Shown: positions 28,252-39,868, counted from the first letter of the stretch. The stretch: DNA of 64,000 nucleotides from Octopus vulgaris (GCA_951406725.2 OX597834.1:25854001-25918000); one strand, 5' to 3'. The notes: generated from the sequence alone by a model not told the origin. Made by a program: numbers and translations.

Positions 28252-29139
28252 TTAATATATGTTCCAAATAAAGCAGCATGCTGCCAGATTTGTTAGCTTT
28301 GCGTCCCTTCTTCCATCATTATGTTCTGTGTTAAAATTCCGCTGAGTTTTCTTTGCCTTCCATCCTTACAAGTGTGATAATATTAGTACCAGTTGAACAC
28401 TGAGGTTGATGTAATAGACTTATCCCCTCCCCACAAAATTACTGGCCTTGTATCAAAATTTGAAACCAATATATATTCCAAATGCCAAATTGATAATGGT
28501 TATTTTACTAAATTCTTCATTACTTTCAAATTAATTGAAACAAAGGCAAAATATTTCAACCAAAATATGATATTAAAAGGCTTTTGTTTCTAATGAATGT
28601 CTAAATTAAAGGCTTTTGGGTCTAATAGATGTCTAAATTGCTGGCTTTGCTTTGTGCCTAAATCAGAAACCATTGTATTCTGGTTTCAAATCCTACCAAG
28701 ATCGACTTTACCTTCTACCTGTCCCAGGTCAATAAAATAAAGGGCCATTGCTGTGCTCAGTGTTATTGACTAACCCCTCCTTGTCAAATTTCAAGCCTTG
28801 TGCTTATTTAGAAATTATTATTATTGTGTTCCTTCTGGCTCCTTACATTCTAAGTTCAAATTCTATGGCGACCAACTTCACTTTTTCAACCTTTCAGGGT
28901 GGATACAATACATACAAGTTCAGCACTGGAGTCGATATAATCAACTAGCCCCCTTCCCCCAAAATGTCAGGCCTTGTGTCTCTAGTAGAAAGGATCATTA
29001 TCATCATCATCATTTTATCTAATATTGACAAAATATTTTCTGAAGAGATAAGCAATCTCCTTGGATTAAGGACCTAAGAATATTTTAATATTTTCTGATT
29101 GAGGTTGAATGTTTTAACATGTCTTTTATATTTTCTTAT

Positions 29140-29337
29140 AGAGTATTTACCCAATTTTCTAAGCTGTCTTCACAGCCACCCTGCATTCAAGAATTCCTTT
29201 ATTTTTTGTACATTATGTATATAGAGGTCTGATCAATAAGTATCAGGATTGTTGCCATAGCAACAAAGCTAAACCACTAAGAATTCTTGAATGCAGAGTG
29301 GCTGTGAAGACAGCTTAGAAAATTGGGTAAATACTCT
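29140..29337. repeat. 57-bp near-perfect inverted repeat with an 84-nt spacer
   Basis: 29140-29196 versus 29281-29337, one mismatch. Confidence 0.95.
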
Positions 29338-31689
29338 TTAGAAGATAGGAAGCCTCTCTACCGGGAATCAAACCCTGTACCTCTCAAACTCTGGCTAAGC
29401 ATTCTGTACCATTAAGCTAAGAGACCCCTGACAGCAGATACTGCTTTTATAATGCTAAGTCTTAGCTTTTGGAATGTGAGAACATTTTGTAAACAAACTT
29501 ATATATATATTTATTTATAGCCCATGATATGTACCAGTCAAGCTACAACTGTTTTTACTACATAACAGACTATAAATCTGCACATTTACTTCTTACAGTT
29601 GAGTTATGTTACAAAATAAGAAAACAAACAGAGTGAAATTGTTTTTTTTTAGTTTTTTTTAAGTATCTTGACTACATCATAACTGTAGGAGCAGTGTTGC
29701 TGACTGGTTAAGAAGTTCACTTAGTAACCATGAGATTTTAGGTTTGATCACATCGTGTAGCATCTTGGGCATATGTCAATTCCTATGGCCCCAGTTCAAC
29801 TCATACCTTGTGAATGAAATTGGGAAAGCAGAAACTGTACAGAAGCCTGTTTGGGGTATTGTACTTCCAATTCAAAAGGTACAGCCTTGTCACACTGCTG
29901 ATTTTTACCTGAGCATTACATTAGGGGTACATGTTTCTATACACTTCTAGGGGTATATGTTTCTTGCCACTTATACACAAATTCAAGAGCAGGTAATCCA
30001 GATAATCAAGTACTTGAATCTTCAATGTTTCAACACCCTCTTGTAGAACCAGGGGCAGGCTCAGGTGGGTTGATATTAAAAGGATTGATGTTTTATCTGA
30101 GAATGATTATGTTATATTCCAAAAACCCATTTCATAATAACAAAGGTTATCCATCTAAATTCTTAATTATTTTTCAAAATTAAATTCAAAACATGGGCAA
30201 CATACTTCAGTAGAAACATGGTTACATATTTTGTTGTATCACAGACAGGTTCTATACCATTGTGAAGGTGTGTGGCTCAGTGGTTAGGGCATTTGGCTCG
30301 AGATTGTAAGGTCATGAGTTCAATACACGGTGGAGCATTGTGTCCTTGAGCAAGACACTTTATTTCACATTGTTCCAGTCCACTCAGCTGGTAAAAATTA
30401 GTTGTTCATGTTTTTCAAAGGGCCAGCCTTGCTACATCTTGTATCACACTCAATCTCCCTGAGAACCATATCAAGGGTATGTGTGTCTGTGGAGTACTCA
30501 GCCACTTTCACATTAATTTCAAGAACAGGCTGTTCCATTTACTGGATCAACTGGAACATTCAATGAAATGCCAGTTTTTCTTTATGCCAATAACACTGGT
30601 TCTGTTTCATTTCTTTTGTTATTAATTGTTTAATCAAATTGATTGGTTAAATGGTTACTTATTCAGTTAATCAGCTTCAAGACCTGAAGCTGACTGGGCA
30701 TATTATTGACGAGATCGTGAATGATGATTGATTGATTAATTGACTGAATAATTAATGAAACAATTGATTAGTTAAATGGTTAAATAGTTGGCATAAAAAA
30801 ACAACAAAAGAAGTGAAATACAACCAGTGTGTGTTTTTATTATTGACATAATGACCCTCCCAAGATACAACAAAAACTGGTCAGATGAAAGTTAAGAAAA
30901 CAGAAATCAACATAATTTATCATGTTTTCATTGGAAATATATTAAATTCTTTGTATATTTTCCAATAAAAGTTCTTTCATTTAACACAATAGTATTAATT
31001 ATTATTCAACCCTACTCTGCAAGTTCTTGCAAGCATTGAAACGCCTGAGCGTATAATTTCTCAGCCAGAATAAAAGACTAATTACATTGCAATATGTTCT
31101 GCTTATTAGATAACATCCCTACCAAAGCTATTTCCTTTTATTGGAAAGAATATATTGTTAAGTTGTTGCCTTTTCTCCAAACTACGCATCTATCCTTTCC
31201 ATTCCCACCCCATACCCACCCTTCCGTTAGTTAGAAAAACAGCAATTAACACAATGATAATAACGATGCTATTGGCGTTAAGGGCGGCATTGGTAGGTGT
31301 GTGCCGATAGTGCTGGTGATGATGAAAATGATCTATATACATTACGAATGTGATAGGGGCCAATTCCACTGTGCAACCACGAAATAATTGTAAGTAGCCT
31401 TACACGAAAATACCAGACATTGTAACTTGAGACTAATTGCCTTCCTCGATGAGGTATTTCAGCTGAGAGGCTTAGAAAGAATCTGTGTTTTCGTAATGCT
31501 TCTTACGCCATGCCTTAGTAAATGATATCACTGTAGAAACTCTCTAAACCCTTTATCGCACAAAATAAATAGAAGTAGGCATTGCATAACATTTCCGGGA
31601 ATTCATCATCATCATCACTATTGTTATCATCATCATCATCATCAGTGAGAGAGAAAGAAAGAGCCTGGTACTTGAAAGACGGGTAACAG

Positions 31690-32025
31690 GGATATGAACA
31701 CAGCTCAAAATCTCTCGTGGAAGCGTCATCCAACCAAAGTACAAATATATGGGAAACTACCACCTGTATCATCTCTTGTGAAAGGTAGGAGAGTCCAGTT
31801 TGCTGGACATTGTTGTAGAGCTGAAAACGAGGCAATTTCTACTCTTCTCCCCTGGAAGCGATCTGCTCGCGATACCAGAGGGTGCACACTCTCCTACCCT
31901 GATGTAATCTCCAGGGATACAGGCGTCCAGCAACAGGACCTCCGTAATGCTATGTTGGACCGTGAAGTCTGGCGTAGCATAGTAAATTCCATTGTCTCGA
32001 CCACGGTCGAACAATGATGATGGTG
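31690..32025 (+). mobile_element. RTE-type LINE 3' end
   Basis: AQNLSWKRHPT...RRVQFAGHCCR...DLRNAMLDREVWR motifs, followed by a (TGA)n tail right at the stop codon. Confidence 0.8.
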
Positions 32026-32223
32026 ACTACTTAGGAAGGACATCCATCCACAAAAACCATGCCAAAAAAGACAATTGGAATCTGAACAGTTCTCTGATTG
32101 GATGGCTCTTGTCAAACCCATGCCAGCATGGAAAACAGATGGTAAATTTTGATGATATATGTATGTATGTATACACACATGCACACAATCAATTCCACTA
32201 GTAAAATATTGTGATGCTATATA

Positions 32224-32880
32224 TATGTCACGCTGGTGAGACCCATATTGGAGTACGGGATTCAAGCCTCTTCTCCTTATCTCCTCAAAGACATACAGCA
32301 TCTCGAAAGAATTCAGAAGCTGGCTACCCGCATAGTTCTTGGTCTCAAGCATTTGTCTTACGAAGAAAGGCTGAAGATGCTCGACCTTTATTCTCTAGAA
32401 AAACGACGACGCCGTGGTGATCTCATTCTTGCTCACAACATCATAAGCGGAAAGTGTAACCTCTCGAAAGAGCTGTTCTTCACACCTGCTCCAGAGCATT
32501 GGCTGCAGGGTCACTCCGAAAAGCTCTATCTGTGACGGTCTTCAGAGATGAACTTGGTGCCACCAAAGCCTGAAAAAAGACAAAAAGAAAAAGCTTATTA
32601 AAAATAATGTTATTGTTATGAAGTCAGAGTTCTTGACTAAGCTCTACCTACGACGATTTCATCTCAATCGAAGGAGAGGGGCTTTCTCTGTCCGGGTTGC
32701 AGATCCGTGGAATAAGCTGCCGGACGAGATAGTGAAGATGCCGACGACCGCTCAGTTCAAAGTCTCCCTTGACCACAAATGGCCTGAACTCTTTGCATGA
32801 ACACCACCCTGTACATAACTCCATGTCCCCCTACATGGCCTTGCTTTTTGCTTTTTGAGCCAAAAAATTAACTTAACTTA
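32224..32880 (+). mobile_element. CR1-clade LINE, 5'-truncated 3' end (RT C-terminal region + 3'UTR), interrupted at 32538-32638
   Basis: YVTLVRPILEYGIQASSPYLLKDIQHLERIQKLATR...LSYEERLKMLDLYSLEKRRRRGDLI...GHSEKL and FSVRVADPWNKLP are typical CR1 motifs. It ends in a short TTAAC-type repeat tail. Confidence 0.9.
32532..32638 (-). pseudogene. Inverted fragment of a Limpet/FHL final intron-exon boundary (polypyrimidine tract + AG + (G)FGGTKFISEDRH) inserted into a CR1 element
   Basis: Reverse complement reads ...gctttttctttttgtcttttttcAG|gc ttt ggt ggc acc aag ttc atc tct gaa gac cgt cac. The phase-1 start fits the exon D donor (ATG G|). Compare Limpet GIGGTRFISFEDRH and FHL2 GLGGTKYISFEERQ. 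Confidence 0.8.
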
Positions 32881-33343
32881 TTACAGTTCTCTCATACTTT
32901 AACCCCGACTTCCAAGCATAAAGCCACCTGTCTTGTTAGCTGCATGATGGCCCCACTAGTGTTGGTGCCATGATAAAAAAAAAAAAGCACCCAGTACACC
33001 TTCTAAAGTGATTGACTTTAGACAGGGCATCCAGTTGTAGAATCCATGCTAAAGCAGATACACACACATACACACCTACATACAGAATGCAGTCTTTACA
33101 CTAATTGGTGTCAAACTGTTCCAACCCTGGCAGCATGAGACATTGACACTAAATGGTGATGATTATTCAGTTGTCTTTATTTTAATTATTAAATAAAATG
33201 AAAATTGACATATTTATGTGATATACATCACTTTTGTTTCCCTCCCCCACGCCCACCCCATTTTTAATACCCTCTTGTATAATATACAAAACTACCTTCT
33301 TCGTAATCTATAAACTAATGATTGCTTTTCTTTTTAATTTCAG

Positions 33344-33544
33344 CTAATATTTTCTTCTGAATACACAAAAGCTATGGAACAGAATTTCCACAAAGATCAC
33401 TTGGCCTGCAAACACTGCGACAAAAAACTGATAGCTTGTAGATATATCTTAAAAGATGAGAATCCCTACTGTATACCTTGTTATCAAGAATTGTTTGCCC
33501 ACAACTGTTATGTTTGTAGAAAACCAGTAGGACCTGACTATAAG
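33344..33544 (+). CDS. FHL2: Limpet/FHL2-like LIM-domain gene, coding exon A (201 nt, phase 0-0): LIFSSEYTKAMEQNFHKDHLACKHCDKKLIACRYILKDENPYCIPCYQELFAHNCYVCRKPVGPDYK
   Basis: Pyrimidine-rich tract + CAG at 33341-33343; donor GTAAGG at 33545. LIM zinc ligands Hx2Hx2Cx2C...Cx2C are present. The sequence closely parallels Drosophila Limpet LIFSGEYTKAM...HPYCIKCYE..FAN.C and FHL2 as I recall them. Confidence 0.93.
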
Positions 33545-33675
33545 GTAAGGGGAAAATTTAACGCAAAGTTTAAGCTTTTGATAAACAAAAATGAATTCTG
33601 TTGTAGTGTTTGCGTGTGGTGGGGGGCATATGTGGAAGTACCTGTGTGCAGGCAAGGTAGAATGCTTGTGTTTGT

Positions 33676-34065
33676 TTACTCTTTTATTCTTTTACTTGTT
33701 TCGGTCATTTGACTGTGACCATGCTGGAGCATTGCCTTTAGTCGAGCAAATCGACCCCAGGACCTATTCTTTGTAAGCCCGGTACTTATTCTATCAGCCT
33801 CTTTTGCTGAACTGCTAAGTTACAGGAATGTAAACACACCAGCATTGGTTGTCAAGCGATGTTGGGGGGACAAACACTGACACACAAACACACACACACA
33901 CATATATATACAACAGGCTTCTTTCAGTTTCTGTCTAGAAATCCACTCACAAGGCTTTGGTCGGCCCGAGGTTATAGTAGAAGACACTTGCCCAAGGTGC
34001 CACACAGTGGGACTGAACCCGGAACCATGTGGTTGGTAAGCAAGCTACTTACCACACAGCCACTC
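33676..34065 (-). mobile_element. SINE family B
   Basis: Reverse-complement match, starting ~130 nt downstream of exon A. Confidence 0.85.
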
Positions 34066-34346
34066 AAGTTCCAGTTTCCCTGCATGGTTATGGCAGAAAT
34101 GTCTTTGATCATACATGAGAGTTGATCTATGATTTACTTGATGAGGACTGATCTGGGACTTAATCATGGGCCTTGCTGAATTAGGTTTGCTAACCTGAGA
34201 TTTGAACACTGATGTACTGGATCAGGGCTGACTTGACTGACTACAAATCACAACAAACTGTACTTCAAGAGGTTTGACATTATGGATGTTGGTGGATGTC
34301 CTACAGTGAATTAAGCTATATTTAGATGTGTATATGAAACCTTATT

Positions 34347-34730
34347 GGAGGCGCAATGGCCCAGTGGTTAGGGCAGCGGACTCACAGTCGTAGGATCGCG
34401 GTTTCGATTCCCAGACCGGGTGTTGTGAGTGTTTATTGAGCGAAAACACCTAGAGCTCCACGAGGCTCCGGCAGGGGGTGGTAGTGATCCCTGCTGTACT
34501 CTTTCACCACAACTTTCTCTCACTCTTACTTCCTGTTTCTGTTGTACCTGTATTTCAAAGGGCCGGCCTTGTCACATTCTGTGTGTCACGCTGAATATCC
34601 CTGAGAACTACATTAAGGGTACACGTGTCTGTGGAGTGCTCAGCTACTTACATGTTAATTTCACGAGCAGGCTGTTCCGTTGATTGGATCAACCGGAACC
34701 CTCGTCGTCGTAACCGACGGAGTGCTTCCA
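34347..34730 (+). mobile_element. SINE family C
   Basis: Full-length match to 2296-2683; TSD ATATGAAAC(C/T)TTAT. Confidence 0.85.
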
Positions 34731-34978
34731 TCCATATGAAACTTTATACAATATAATACGTTTGATAAGTATAATTAGTTTTGCTGTGAAAATATACTGT
34801 GAACAGGTCACAGAAGTCATGTTTATCCAACAGATATAAACATCATATAAAGTGATATAAGAAAAAAATAATTACATGTGGTGCTCTACCAAATATATTT
34901 CATATTTTTATTTCAAATTAATGACTTAGCAGATATTTCTAGAAAATTACTTGTAAGGAAAAAGATAATTATAATAAA

Positions 34979-35442
34979 CTAGCAGTATCGCCCGGCGTTG
35001 CTCGGGTTTGTAAGGGAAATAACTATACAGCATTTTTAGAGAGTTATAGCAAAAAAATGCATTAAAAATGAAAAAAAATATGATGGTAAATTTTTTTTTA
35101 AATCGTTGACTCATCGTAGACATTTTTAGCGAGTTACTTCCCTTTAAAAAAATATGCATGAAAATGGAAAAAAATTATGGTAAATTATTTTAAAAATCGT
35201 ATACTCATCGTAGACACGCGCTAATACCCAGAAGGGCTCGATATGAATGACGACTATAAGATACCCGGTTTTGGTTAAACTGCACCGCAAAATGTGGGAG
35301 TAGTTAGGAATCTAAATCGAAGGGGACGGACACTCACACAACCACAGTTTTATATATATATATTTCTTTACTACCCACAAGGGGCTAAACACAGAGGGGA
35401 CAAACAAGGACTGTCCCCTCTGTACAGTTTTATATATATAGA
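34979..35442 (-). mobile_element. Non-autonomous Helitron (same family as 42696-43094, inverted), with a truncated SINE inserted in its 5' (TA)n
   Basis: CTAG at 34979-34982 followed by cagtatcgcccggcgttgctcggg (hairpin). The 5' TC corresponds to GA at 35441-35442. Confidence 0.85.
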
Positions 35443-35713
35443 TTAGTCATGATAGCCATCTAAGTAAACACACATATACAAATATATTGATTTTTGTTTT
35501 ATTTTTTGTTGTAATATTGTATGTTATTTAGTGCCAAAGTTCTTTTGTCATACCTCATAATCCAAGTCATAGAATTATGATGAAATATTACTTCATGATA
35601 TATTTTATTACTTTATGCAAACATGGCATATAAAAAGCACCCACTTACAGTACCCACCTGGATAATCTATTCTTATATAGTCATTGTATATATATATATA
35701 TATATATGTGTAC

Positions 35714-35744
<31 letters not shown>

Positions 35745-36559
35745 AACATTAAAACAAAAACCAAATGGAAATTGTAGTTGTGATACCTGTGCCAGTAGCT
35801 CATAAAAAGCACCATCCGAATGTGGCTGATGCCAGCGCCGCCTTGACTGGCTTCTGTGCCGCTTGGCACATAAAAAGCACCAATCCGATTGTGGCCGTTT
35901 GCCAGCCTCACCTGGCACGTAAAAAGCACCTAATACATTCACGGAGTGGTTGGTGTTAGGAAGGGCATCCAGCTGTAGAAGCACTGCCAAATCAGACTGG
36001 AGCCTGGCGCAGCCTCCTGGCTTCCCAGACCCCAGTCAAACAGTCCAACCCATGCTAGCATGGAAAACGGACGTTAAACGATGATGATGATGATGACTAA
36101 TGCCTGCATCTCTGTTATATAATACTATGATATATAAGAATATATAATACAGGTGGGCACAAAACTTGTTTCATGACCTGATAGTTTGGGGTTCCATCTC
36201 AGTGAGGAAACTTTGAGCTAGTGTCTTCTACTGAAACCTCAGACTGACCAACACCTTTGAGTGGAATTGGTAGGCAGAAACTGTATGGGAAACCATTGTG
36301 TGAGTGTGTTTGTGTGTGTGCGTGTACATAACTATTTAAATTCTGTGTGTCTGCTCTTGATGCCATGCTTAGGTCTCCTATGAGCAGTACATTCCATAGC
36401 TCTGTGTGAAAACGTGTGGAATAGAGATAAAGTACCTTACCTGAACAATTAGGTATGCATTGGCTGCAGAGAATGCAGCTGGGCATCCATAAAGCTACTG
36501 CCTCAGTACGTCTCTGTCCAAAGTCTTGCCACTTTCAGAAAAGGGGATGGAAAAATGAA

Positions 36560-36960
36560 ACTCTCTTACTCTTTTACTTGTTTCAGTCATTTGACTGCGG
36601 CCATGCTGGAGCACCGCCTTTAGTCGAACAAATCGATCCCGGGACTTATTCTTTGTAAGCCTAGTACTTATTCTATCGGTCTCTTTTGCCGAACCGCTAA
36701 GTGACGGGGACATAAACACACCAGCATCGGTTGTCAAGCAATGCTAGGGAGACAAACACATATATATATACACACACATATATATATACATATATACGAC
36801 AGGCTTCTTTCAGTTTCTGTCTACCAAATCCACTCACAAGGCATTGGTTGGCCCGGGGCTATAGCAGAAGACACTTGCCCAAGGTGCCACGCAGTGGGAC
36901 TGAACCCGGAACCATGTGGTTGGTTAGCAAGCTACTTACCACACAGCCACTCCTGCGCCT
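36560..36960 (-). mobile_element. SINE family B
   Basis: Reverse-complement match ending in CCACTCCTGCGCC. Confidence 0.85.
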
Positions 36961-37124
36961 ACGAAAACTATTATGAAATAAATCAAAAGCTGAAGAAGCA
37001 ATGTGTGTGTTTGTGTGTATGTCTGTTTAACCCTTTAGCATTTAAACCAGCTATATCTGGCCTGAGTATTCTATTTGTTTTATGTTAAAACTGCCTACAT
37101 CAGGCCTCAACAAATATTATAAGT

Positions 37125-37620
37125 TCATGGCTGTTTCCTACACCAGTTTCACATAGCCCCAGCACATCCAAAGTACCTTGGATTGCAGAACGACCTGCTG
37201 TGCTTACCTTGGATCGTAGGGTGACCTGCTGTGCTTGAGGAGACCTATTGAGTCAAGCACATCAACATCAAAATAAATATCAAATGGAAATTGTAGTTGT
37301 GATACCTGTGCTGGTGGCACGTAAAAAGCACCATCCGAATGTGGCCGATGCCAGCACCACCTTGACTGGCTTCTGTGCCAGTGGCACGTAAAAAGCACCA
37401 ACTGATCGTGGCTGCTGCCAGCCTCCCCTGGCACCTGTGCTGGTGGCACATAAAAAGCACCCACTACACTCACGGAGTGGTTGGCATTAGGAAGGGCATC
37501 AGCTGTAGAAACACTGCCAGATCAGACTGGAGCCTGGTGCAGCCTCCTGGCTTCTCAGACCCTGGTCGAACCGTCCAACCCATGCTAGCATGGGAAACGG
37601 ACGTTAGACGATGATGATGA
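37125..37620 (+). mobile_element. Retroposon family D (TTGGCGTTAGGAAGGGCATCCAGCTGTAGAAA core, internal ~60-bp repeats, (GAT)n tail)
   Basis: Many copies ending ...GGACGTTAAACGATGATGAT: ~5625-6045(-), 6060-6350(+), 10124-10425(+), 18205-18483(+), 35760-36095(+), 51175-51360(-), 51477-51875(-), 54448-54690(-), 57355-57530(+), 58990-59250(-). Confidence 0.8.
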
Positions 37621-37773
37621 TGTCACTGAAATCTTGAGGCTACAGGATAATGTATGATTAAGTCAAAATGCTGTGAATATATAAGCATTACATTTGACAA
37701 AGTAATCTGAAATCTAAAAGATTAAAAGGATCTCAGGTTTCTGCTATGTTGGAATAGTTATAGTATTTACAGT

Positions 37774-38415
37774 TTTACTCTTTTACTTGTTTCAGTCATT
37801 TGACTGTGGCCATCCAGGAGCACTGCCTTTAGTCGAGCAAATCGACCCAGAACTTATTTTTTGCAAGCCTAGTACTTATTCTATCGGCCTCTTTTGCCAT
37901 ACCGCTAAGTTACAGGGATGTAAACACACCAGCATCGGTTGTCAAGTGATGTTGAGGAGACAAACACAGACACACAAACATATGCACACACATACACATA
38001 TATATACACATATATACGACGGGCTTCTTTCAGTTTCTGTCTACCAAATCCACTCACAAGGCTTTGGTCAGCCTGAAGCTATAGTAGAAGACACTTGCCC
38101 AAGGTGCCACGCAATGGGACTGAACCTGCATGGTTATGGCAGAAATGTCTTTGATCATAGGGTTATTGGATTAGGGTTTACATGAGAGTTGATCTATGAT
38201 TTACTTGATGAGGACTGATCTGGGATTTAATCAGGGGCCTGTTGAATTGGGTTTGCTAACCTGAGATTTGAAAACTGATGTACAGGATCAGGGCTGACTT
38301 TGGTTGACCCAAGGCTATAGTAGAAGACACTTGCCCAAGGTTCCATGCAGTGGGACTGAACCCAGAGCTATGTGGTAGGTAAGCAAGCTACTTACCGCAC
38401 AGCCACTCCTATGCC
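37774..38415 (-). mobile_element. SINE family B interrupted by a locally copied segment
   Basis: Family B match with an insertion at 38125-38300. Confidence 0.8.
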
Positions 38416-39868
38416 TGTGTATAATTTCACATAAAATTCTTTGTAAAGAAGAGTCTGAAATACCAATATTTGCATTTTCTCTCACTGTCACTTACGCACT
38501 TAGTCTTATATAGCTGCCATCTGTTATTGTAAACAATAACTTATAGAATAACGATTCTATATTTGTTGATTAAAAAACAAAACAAAAGAAAATGCCACAA
38601 ATATTATCTCATTTTCATTAAAATGAATTAGATTACTATTTTAATGAGTGGAGTATAATAGCATAAACAATATAAAAACAGAATAATTTGTTAGCTATCT
38701 CAGTATTTCAATTAATCTCTCTCTCTCACACACACACACACTTCCTTGACTCCAAATGGCATATTAATGAATTATATAAGAAGGAAAGCTCTGTTGGCAT
38801 CCTATTAGAAAATATATAAACAAAAAACCTCTTTAGATATTAATTACTACTTGCTGTGGTATACAAACATACACACCTCATTGCCCTATCTTTAGTGCAT
38901 AATATTAATGCAGGGTGCACAGCTGCAGAATGCCTGGCTTATAATAATAATTATATAAATAGTAAATTGTAAACTGAATGACAATTATTTATATGCAGAC
39001 ACACACACACACCCAGTGCATACTGTAAAGTGGGTAGGGAAGAAATAGACAGTATAAGGCTGAGTAAATTTTCTTGTTTTGCCAAAGTCAAGACACCCTC
39101 TCTAATGCTGGTGCCATGATAAAAAGTACCCTGTGCACACAGTGAGAAGGGAGTTGGTGTTAGGCAAAGAAATCCAGCCAAAGAAACCATACCAAAAATG
39201 GAATGTACAAGAAAGAGATGGTCTCCTGACTCGTCTAGGAAGGCAATAATAACTCACAATAGGAAATAACTTGGGCTGTGATAGCTCAAATAAACCCATG
39301 TCAGCAGGGAAAGACATTTCACCAATGACCATCTCATCAGTCTCATCAGATATAGTATCTAGGATAACATTATCCACGGTCTTTTAAAAAAAAATTTTTA
39401 TAACCCTTTAGCATTTAAACTGGCCATATTGAACATGCTTTATGTTGAAACCAGCTAGATCTGGCCTCTTACACCAATCCTATTACGTCATTGTAAAAAT
39501 AAATAATCCCACTGTTGAAGTCTTGAAGCTCTAAGATAATGCATGATTAATTCAAAACAATGTGAATAAATAAGCATTACATTTGGCAGTGAAATCTGAA
39601 TGCTAGAGGGTTATGATAGTAAGGTGTTATTTGAAGGAGATCTGGCTGGTATTTCTCACATGTCAGGTAACTGATTACTAGTAGGAAAACTCTTTCATAA
39701 CCAGTATAAAGATAATCATAAAATGCCTTTCATTTTTGGTGGGTGGACTTTTGTATTACTCCAGATAGCAAATGCTTCAAATGTCCTGTTTTTTCATTGG
39801 TTCTTTCCACACAACCATATAAAGACTGCCATTTTTTTCACTGGTCCTTTTGCCATGAATCTATGTAA

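Noticed and set aside
32532-32571. A separate minus-strand FHL paralog
   Set aside because: Only ~38 nt of exon are present before CR1 sequence and a stop codon, and no other minus-strand LIM exons were seen.
33545-33712. C-terminal extensions of the LIM ORFs in the ORF track (also 58692-58793 and 62397-62497)
   Set aside because: These are read-through into introns past consensus GT donors; LIM similarity stops at the donor.
34347-34425. tRNA-like heads of SINE families A, B, C and E as tRNA genes
   Set aside because: They continue into multicopy SINE bodies with TSDs and lack a complete acceptor stem and terminator.
39305-39352. CTGATGA...GAAA...GTC on the minus strand as a hammerhead
   Set aside because: No room for helix III and no convincing helix II; it arises from a small tandem duplication.
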